Below, in pieces: positions 53,896-61,689 of a stretch of 64,000 nt of DNA. Origin of the DNA: Ignavibacteriota bacterium (lineage in GTDB: Bacteria > Bacteroidota > Ignavibacteria > UBA10030). How positions within the stretch are numbered: the stretch's first letter is position 1; each line of letters begins with the position of its first letter. Both the position numbers and the translations under genes were made by a program. Under the pieces are notes generated by a model, which was not told the origin of the DNA, did no database searches, and worked only from the letters and a program-made list of their open reading frames with translations. The stretch is taken from positions 320,001 to 384,000 of the forward strand of contig CAVSHO010000009.1 of the NCBI GenBank assembly GCA_963727825.1, in the 5' to 3' direction.

Positions 53896-54052
53896 AATTA
53901 CATTTCCATTATCGATGCTGTCGGTACATATGTTTCATAACACCTGCAAAGATGTTGTTTATAAAAACTGTTCGTTACTCTCAAGCCGCGGATAAGTTCC
54001 AAAATAAGTGTCGCATTTTATTACGTGCAACGCGGTCTCATTACTTTAACAT

Positions 54053-54673
54053 TTACCTATTTTTCAAGCCTTTTAAAATCGCATATAGGTCCCCATATTT
54101 AATTGGTTTTGTATAATCATTAATAAAGAGTCTGCTGAGAGATCTACGTATATTCTCCGGAAATACATTTATGTTTATTTCTCCGAGAATTCCACCCATT
54201 TCACGCGATGGATCGACGGAATACTGCATTGCCAGTTCATTAAAATTTTTACCTTGTTCAATTACATTATAGATGGAGTCGGCTTCTTCTTCTGTTGTGC
54301 AAAGTATTTCGCCGAGATTCATATACTGTGGACTCGCATAGCGTAAGACAGATTGCATATGAAACCATGAACCGATCGGTTTATTATCCATCCGTGCAGG
54401 AGCAAAACGCCATTGTTTCATCGAGGATAATGTAAGCGAATCCCAAGTAGCATCTTCACTGCCTTTGATCATACGTGCCTTTCCAACGGTTCCATCTTCC
54501 ATCACGAACAATACTACATCAAGATTTAATACGAGTTGTCGTATTGATTCCGGAATTGGAGGCAATTGGGATTGAATTAATAATTGTGGAACCGAGCTAT
54601 CTGAAGTTTGTTTTATAATAGATGAACAACCGATTAAACACACAAGGCACATGGTAAAAAAGATTGGTTTCAT
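54053..54673 (-). CDS. Lipoprotein with TonB C-terminal-like domain and PpiC/parvulin rotamase domain
   Basis: Lipobox LIGC; EDGTV...QWRFAPA; F.ELA.QYS.DPS...GG.LG. Confidence 0.7.
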   Translation of the reverse strand: MKPIFFTMCLVCLIGCSSIIKQTSDSSVPQLLIQSQLPPIPESIRQLVLNLDVVLFVMEDGTVGKARMIKGSEDATWDSLTLSSMKQWRFAPARMDNKPIGSWFHMQSVLRYASPQYMNLGEILCTTEEEADSIYNVIEQGKNFNELAMQYSVDPSREMGGILGEININVFPENIRRSLSRLFINDYTKPIKYGDLYAILKGLKNR

Positions 54674-54854
54674 AATCCACCTCCTAAAAATGTCAGTGAA
54701 TATCTAAACCTTATTTTACTATACAAGCCTTCCTAAAATACTTAAAAAGATACCAATCGGTTTTCCTTACAATCTCAAGCGGTTTAACACTATTTGACTG
54801 CATACGGATATTCGGAATTATAAGATTCAGGCAGAATGATAAAAAGAACGAGTT

Positions 54855-55244
54855 TTATTCAACGCCAAAGATCGACACGATTGTTGATACAATGATCGTA
54901 ATAAGAAACCAGTAAATGAATACGAAGACCACGATCGCAATAATAAAAATAACGGCATGTTCAATCAATATGCTTTTTAAGTCTTCAAACAATCTCTTTA
55001 TAGATCTAAAAGGCGTTATTAAGCCGATAAGCATCCAAATCGCTATGGAGACAATGAAATAAGTAGAAGATGATGTTTCGAATTCTGTTATATCAACATC
55101 AAGAAATGATATAACAACGTAACCCAATGGAATTAAGACAAAACCAAGTAGGGCACTAAGGAATGTCACAACAGATCTATATAATATAATCCCAAATAAT
55201 TCTTGTTCTGGTTCCTCTAGAGGGTCTTTTGGTATGTCGGACAT
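54855..55244 (-). CDS. Hypothetical membrane protein
   Basis: 129-aa ORF with three hydrophobic segments. Confidence 0.5.
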   Translation of the reverse strand: MSDIPKDPLEEPEQELFGIILYRSVVTFLSALLGFVLIPLGYVVISFLDVDITEFETSSSTYFIVSIAIWMLIGLITPFRSIKRLFEDLKSILIEHAVIFIIAIVVFVFIYWFLITIIVSTIVSIFGVE

Positions 55245-55621
55245 ATATATTCCATTCTATAATAGTACTCCTGTGTTTAAGAAATACTGAAACTGATGAA
55301 TGTCTAATAGCATCGGCAAGATTTGATTGACTGTTTCGTGCCGCATGCCGTTTTATTCAAGTGAGGCTTCTTTTATTCGCCCTGATATAGAACCATCCGA
55401 TGAAGCAATCTAAAAAGATACAAGGAACGAAATAAGTATATCCATCTTATCACTTGGATATTTTTAAACTAATGATGAAACAATGTAAAATCAACTTTTT
55501 ATCAATAAAGTTAATTACAAGACTATTCTTTTTTGGGCATTATGCCCACAAGCGATACTGGTAAGAATTATCAGCGTAATCAGCACAATATGCCTAGAAT
55601 TCATCTTAAAAATGATTTTAA

Positions 55622-55765
55622 GTCACGCTGAGCTATGCTGAGCAAAGTCGAAGCACGAAGGGTAACGGAATATATCACTGGTCAGACTTTGACAAGTGGC
55701 GCTTTACGCCATGTTGAAAACGGCGCAGTATGCGACGGCGCCAAAGGCGCTCACTCAGTCTGACA
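55622..55765. repeat. Degenerate GTCACGCTGAGC..GTCGAAG / CTTTGACAAG..CTCAGTCTGAC palindromic repeat with an interrupted right arm
   Basis: Both arms are recognisable. A GC-rich ~57-bp segment separates CTTTGACAAG from CTCAGTCTGAC. Confidence 0.5.
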
Positions 55766-56016
55766 GCAAGGAGTATTTTTGAGATAGATTATATTTGTCT
55801 TTTTTCGTGGATGGCTGAAATCCGTGGTATATCCTCACTACAACTGAGGCAAGAATATATGACACCAGCCAGTGAATGACTAAGCGAAGTACCAGTTTGT
55901 GTGTGATATAGATAATCAAAATCAGGAGCCATACTGCCGATGACAAGACTTGTCATATCCAAACGTGTTTTTCGGAAGGGAACGACTGCTAATGGATGAG
56001 CAAGAGTAAATGGCAT
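55755..56016 (-). pseudogene. Truncated DUF4184-family gene
   Basis: MPFTLAHP..V.P...LVIGSMAPDF.Y...SHSL.G, typical of the family N-terminus; truncated at about 75 aa next to the palindromic repeat. Confidence 0.7.
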
Positions 56017-56100
56017 ATTAGAACATGCCTGAAATCAATGTTTATCCGAATTTGCTTTTATTAACTTTATCTTACGCTGAAATGGTAGAAAGCTTTTAGC

Positions 56101-56139
56101 CAAAACACAAACGCCGATGTTGTTTCCAACACCGGCGTT
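56101..56139 (-). terminator. Terminator-like hairpin, member of a 4-copy repeat family
   Basis: Minus strand reads AACGCCGGTGTTG-GAAA-CAACATCGGCGTT-TGTGTTTTG, downstream of gdhA. Confidence 0.7.
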
Positions 56140-56174
56140 AATTTCGGCTATGACCGATGTTACATATTAAAAAT

Positions 56175-57545
<1,371 letters not shown>

Positions 57546-57745
57546 CTAAAATTTTTGATGAAGATATAAAATTATGATGAAAATATTTTGTGGAAGTGTA
57601 TCGCTATTTAATCAAAAACTCAAGCAAAGACCGATAATGATTTTATATAATGGGGAGAGATACTGAAAGTGTGAATTTAGCTGAAAACAAGGGAAAATAT
57701 GCGGTAATTATTTATAAATAAATTAAAATTCTACACAGCGACAGT

Positions 57746-57851
57746 CCTCATGTTGGAAGGGAGTTTCACTCCCGACCTTTGCTTGCTCGGGAGAACATCT
57801 CCCTCGCAACTTTGTTCCAAAACACAAAACGCTGATGATGTTTACACCACC
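57746..57851. repeat. ~106-bp direct repeat on one side of the RAYT gene (REP doublet plus terminator-like hairpin)
   Basis: Nearly identical to 58489-58594. Confidence 0.85.
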
Positions 57852-57877
57852 TGCACAATAATATCATTCTGGGTTTT

Positions 57878-58464
57878 TTAAAAGAATAGTACATCTTTTG
57901 GGGTTTCTTTGTCAAATGTCCATGTAATGACATTATTGGCAATGTAATCGCGGATGTTATTTAATTCTTTTTCATTGCGGATAATTCGGTCATAATATCT
58001 TGGCTGCCAAAGCGGTGTATCCCCCGCACCGGTTAAATGCATTTCATTGATTCGTTTTGTAACAGCAGATTTGAATGACCTCACAATTGTCGACAATGAA
58101 CCAGGTACTGGTTTCCTGAATTGTTCCAGTAGTAGGGACGCGGCATGCCGTGTCCCTACTGATTCATTCAATATTAATATTCCATGAATATGGTTCGGCA
58201 GCCGGAGGCCTTAGAATGTTGCCCCGCATCGTGGGGCACCTTCTTTTCATATTCATCCAATACAACATTCGAAAAATGCTCCGGAATTCCTTTCCAACAT
58301 CTATTAATAATATTTCCCTCCTCATTCAAATTCATCTTACCGTCTACAATTGCACCAAACCTGTGTTCATGATTTTGTGCACAAATTGTTACAAAATATT
58401 CTCCCGGCTGGGAATAATCAAATCCTTTAAGGCGAATCGTTTTTCTTTTATGCTTTTCTATCAT
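57878..58464 (-). mobile_element. REP-associated tyrosine transposase (RAYT / Y1 family), disrupted by a short frameshifting insertion
   Basis: RKTIRLKGFDYSQPGEYFVTIC; PNHIHGIL HUH motif in a shifted frame; SL.TIVRSFKS; WQPRYYDRIIRNE...IRDYI.NN; internal palindrome AGTAGGGAC...GTCCCTACT at 58131-58160. Confidence 0.88.
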
Positions 58465-58488
58465 CAACACGATTTCAAAACACAACCG

Positions 58489-58598
58489 CCTCACGCTGGA
58501 AGGGAGTTTCACTCCCGACCTTTGCTTGCTCGGGAGAACATCTCCCTCGCAACTTTGTTCCAAAACACAAAACGCCGATGATGTTTCCAACACCGGCG
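58489..58598. repeat. ~106-bp direct repeat on the other side of the RAYT gene
   Basis: Nearly identical to 57746-57851; ends in the CGCCGATGATGTTTCCAACACCGGCG hairpin. Confidence 0.85.
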
Positions 58599-58623
58599 GT
58601 TCATGACAGAAAGGGCTTTCTTC

Positions 58624-59991
58624 TTATATTCCAAGCAATCTTCGTATCTGCTTGGTAATTTTTTCGGCGACAGGCGGATCATAATTGCTCAGTACGACTA
58701 TCACATAGTCGGTTCGTTTGTTCCACTCCAGCGCCGCATTGACGCCGGCAGTTCCACCGGCAATTCCCATCCCGTTACGCGCTTCAAATGATTTTGGTGC
58801 AATTGCACTGTTCTGCAGTGCCTTCGTATACAAGAGTAAATCATATGCAGTAGAATATCCTCCACCGGCGGAACTTCCCTTCTGTGGCAGGAGTTCTGTA
58901 TTCCGATGTCGCACGCTATCCTTGCCGTTTCCTGTCGAGTAAGTATATCCGAAAGAACAATTCACCGGAATTGCAGTTCGTTCGTACCAATCAGTATTTG
59001 TCATGCCGGCAGGGATCAATAATTCCTTCTTTATATACTTATAATAATCCATTCCTGTTACGTGTTCGATGATCACCCCAAGAACGATATAACCACCGTT
59101 CGAATAACGGTTTCTTGTCCCGGGTTCAAACTCAAGCGGTTTATCGGCGAACAATGGGAGATAATCCTGTAAACTTCTGATCTTCTCTTTGTGGGCAGCG
59201 ATAAACCGTTCACCAAAGAAATCGCCAATACCGGACCTCATATCGAGCAAGTGTTGTATTGTCACTTTTACCGCAGCATCTTTATTAGGATATTCGGGAA
59301 GAAATTTTTGGATCGGATCGCTAAACTTTAGTTTTCCCTGCTCGGCTAATCTATGAATCGCAAGCGCTGTAAAACTTTTATCCATAGAGCCAATATTGAA
59401 TTTCGTATCGAGGGTATTGAGTATTTTATTTTCCTTATCGGCAAATCCCCATGCATGCTGATAGACTGGCTCGCCGTTTCGTGCGATCAGCACCACACCG
59501 GAAAAATCATCAGATGCCGCAAGCCTGTCGACATACTCTTCGGTCTTTGCTGCCAAATCGATATCGTTCTTTGCCGATTCTACGCTGCTCTCTCCTGTAT
59601 CCTCATCAATTCCGATACCGACGATTCCATGCGGGGCTTCTGGCTCAAACTCAAACGTCATCGCCAGTTTTTTTCCACTTCCATCTACAACAATCGTTTT
59701 CACAAAAGTTTGCTGAACAATGAGTGCTCTTTGGAATGTCAACCCTTTGGTCATAGAATAGAACTGTCTGTAGCGTTCGAGCCGTTGAGCAATAGGGGCT
59801 CCCTTCAAAACATCTGCAGCATAGTGCACAAGGATGAATTCCTTCATCACGGTTGTATCGCCTGAATTGAATGCTTTGAAATATTCCGCTGCCACCTGCC
59901 CTGATGGCGAATCTGACAGCGAAATCTGCTGCTGAGCATGTAGTGGATGAAGAAAGATGAGTAATAAAACCAAAACGGAACCAATGCGCAT
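58624..59991 (-). CDS. Exported serine hydrolase, beta-lactamase/S12 family
   Basis: Signal peptide, FNIGSMDK (SxxK), LLDMRSGI and YSN motifs. Confidence 0.88.
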   Translation of the reverse strand: MRIGSVLVLLLIFLHPLHAQQQISLSDSPSGQVAAEYFKAFNSGDTTVMKEFILVHYAADVLKGAPIAQRLERYRQFYSMTKGLTFQRALIVQQTFVKTIVVDGSGKKLAMTFEFEPEAPHGIVGIGIDEDTGESSVESAKNDIDLAAKTEEYVDRLAASDDFSGVVLIARNGEPVYQHAWGFADKENKILNTLDTKFNIGSMDKSFTALAIHRLAEQGKLKFSDPIQKFLPEYPNKDAAVKVTIQHLLDMRSGIGDFFGERFIAAHKEKIRSLQDYLPLFADKPLEFEPGTRNRYSNGGYIVLGVIIEHVTGMDYYKYIKKELLIPAGMTNTDWYERTAIPVNCSFGYTYSTGNGKDSVRHRNTELLPQKGSSAGGGYSTAYDLLLYTKALQNSAIAPKSFEARNGMGIAGGTAGVNAALEWNKRTDYVIVVLSNYDPPVAEKITKQIRRLLGI

Positions 59992-60120
59992 AGCGTTACT
60001 CCTTGTTTATAGAAATTGTACGTTTGACGTTGGCTGTAAAAGATTGTTCCGTCCGACCATTGTGCCATACTCTCCCGAGAGTCAAACTGATGCTCCGGAG
60101 TGATAAGGTAAGCCACTTTA

Positions 60121-60156
60121 AAACACAAACGCCGATGATGTTTCCACCACCGGCGC
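60121..60156 (-). terminator. Terminator-like hairpin of the same repeat family, downstream of the RT gene
   Basis: AAACACAAACGCCGATGATGTTTCCACCACCGGCG, homologous to 56101-56139 and 58561-58598. Confidence 0.7.
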
Positions 60157-60198
60157 ATTATAGTATTAAAAGAAGAAATGCTCTTTCATTTTGTAAAA

Positions 60199-61041
60199 TT
60201 AATCCGTGTCTTTTACCATTCTCTTTAGATCATCAGCCTGTTGAGGATTTACATATGCTATATAGTCAATTTTCCCTTTGATCGATTTATAGCTTCCTTT
60301 TAAGTTCTTTTTGTAGTCAACAATTTCATGTTTCACGGCATCAACATAACGTTGATTAACCCTTAGTTTAGGATATACTCCAATTCCCATTATCTCTCTT
60401 GGAGATTTGTTATTAAAGACCTCAAATTCATCAAGTAGAAATCCATGCTGTCTAAATATTTTTACAAATAATCTTTGAAACCCTGCTGGGTCAAAATCTG
60501 ACCCAATCACTAAATTGTCTGCATACAGACCGACTCGGAACGCCTCTTTTCCCGCCAATCCGTCGAGTCGAATTATTACAGGATTTAAAGTAAGTGCAGC
60601 AATTTTTGGACTTGTTGGAAATCCTTGAGGAAGTTCAAAATCAAAGGTTATTATTCTTGTAATTAGTTTTGCTGCAGGATTATCAAAATTCAAACCCATG
60701 AGTGTTTTTGTCACCATTGCAGGATAGATTGTAGGATAAAAATCATCGACATCCGCTGCAATCAAGAACTTCGACTTTGAAAATTGAGAAAGCATTTTGA
60801 TATGATTACATCCAGGTTGTAAAAAAAGGAATTTATGCAAAGTGAATTGGCTTAAGATCATCTTATTTATTTTGCGCAACAGATCTTTTAATTCCTCGTT
60901 TGGACATGTGATATCTCGATATCCTCCACTCTTCTTTGCCTTCTTCCGCTTTTTCACCATATAAGACAGATTGCGTGCAATAAAAGAAAGATACTCTTCT
61001 CTTTTATTAAGACGATTCGCAATCTCCTGGATTAAGATCAT
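60199..61041 (-). CDS. Divergent retron-like reverse transcriptase (YADN variant)
   Basis: KKSGGYRDI..P..ELK (RT1), DVDDFYPTI (RT3), LPQGFPTSP (RT4), YADNL (RT5), IMGI at the VTG position. ATG at 61041, or TTG at 61053. Confidence 0.88.
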   Translation of the reverse strand: MILIQEIANRLNKREEYLSFIARNLSYMVKKRKKAKKSGGYRDITCPNEELKDLLRKINKMILSQFTLHKFLFLQPGCNHIKMLSQFSKSKFLIAADVDDFYPTIYPAMVTKTLMGLNFDNPAAKLITRIITFDFELPQGFPTSPKIAALTLNPVIIRLDGLAGKEAFRVGLYADNLVIGSDFDPAGFQRLFVKIFRQHGFLLDEFEVFNNKSPREIMGIGVYPKLRVNQRYVDAVKHEIVDYKKNLKGSYKSIKGKIDYIAYVNPQQADDLKRMVKDTD

Positions 61042-61053
61042 TGAGGTGAACAA

Positions 61054-61296
61054 TTAATAAGATTGAATAAGTAGTGTTCGTTGGGGTTCTAAATAAGTTT
61101 TGTGGGAGAAGCTCACGATGATCGAGATTAACTTAGCAATAAATTCTAAAACTCTTAACAAAAAACCCAAAGGTTTTTCATTCCGATTTAAGAATTTAAC
61201 AAACTTACTTTTCTTTCTCGAATATCTATAAAGCTTCTCCCTTCTCCTGATTCGATTATAACATCGAATTAAGCGAAGTACAAGCTTCCTTTTCAT
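61054..61296 (-). CDS. 80-aa basic protein with a C-terminal hydrophobic/amphipathic helix (putative RT-associated effector)
   Basis: Strong Shine-Dalgarno (AGAAAGGAGG) 8 nt before the ATG; abuts the RT frame. Confidence 0.65.
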   Translation of the reverse strand: MKRKLVLRLIRCYNRIRRREKLYRYSRKKSKFVKFLNRNEKPLGFLLRVLEFIAKLISIIVSFSHKTYLEPQRTLLIQSY

Positions 61297-61581
61297 GTTC
61301 TTTTCCTCCTTTCTAATCGTTTAGTGGAACATATCATTATGAATCGATGATTAGTCGCCACAATGCCTGTACTTTCAAAACTTGAAAAAAAACGCATAGA
61401 GCGTTTCGTTTTATCCATGCATTGCACTGTATAAATTTCTGCAATTGCATAATTGTCTAATAAACAGATATATATTCTCCTATTTATTAGAAATTCTCAG
61501 ATTGGTTTGAACACATATACCCAAATCAACCGAGATACGGCTAGTTTCGCCGGGAAAAGAGGCTAACCTTAGAACATGAAA
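61291..61581 (-). ncRNA. Putative structured RT-associated ncRNA or 5' leader (~290 nt)
   Basis: 11-bp terminal inverted repeat TTTCATGTTCT/AGAACATGAAA plus a 9-bp inner helix enclose about six stem-loops; no ORF. Confidence 0.6.
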
Positions 61582-61689
61582 TTTCAAAGAACATCTAACA
61601 ACTAAAACAAAAAACATTTCTTAAAAAATATTATCAAGAAAAACCGTTCGTGTTTCCATCCCACCAAACAACGTCGGGACGTCAGCATA

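Noticed and set aside
60199-61581. Group II intron
   Set aside because: The RT is short with no maturase or endonuclease domain, and no GUGCG 5' end or domain V hairpin was seen.
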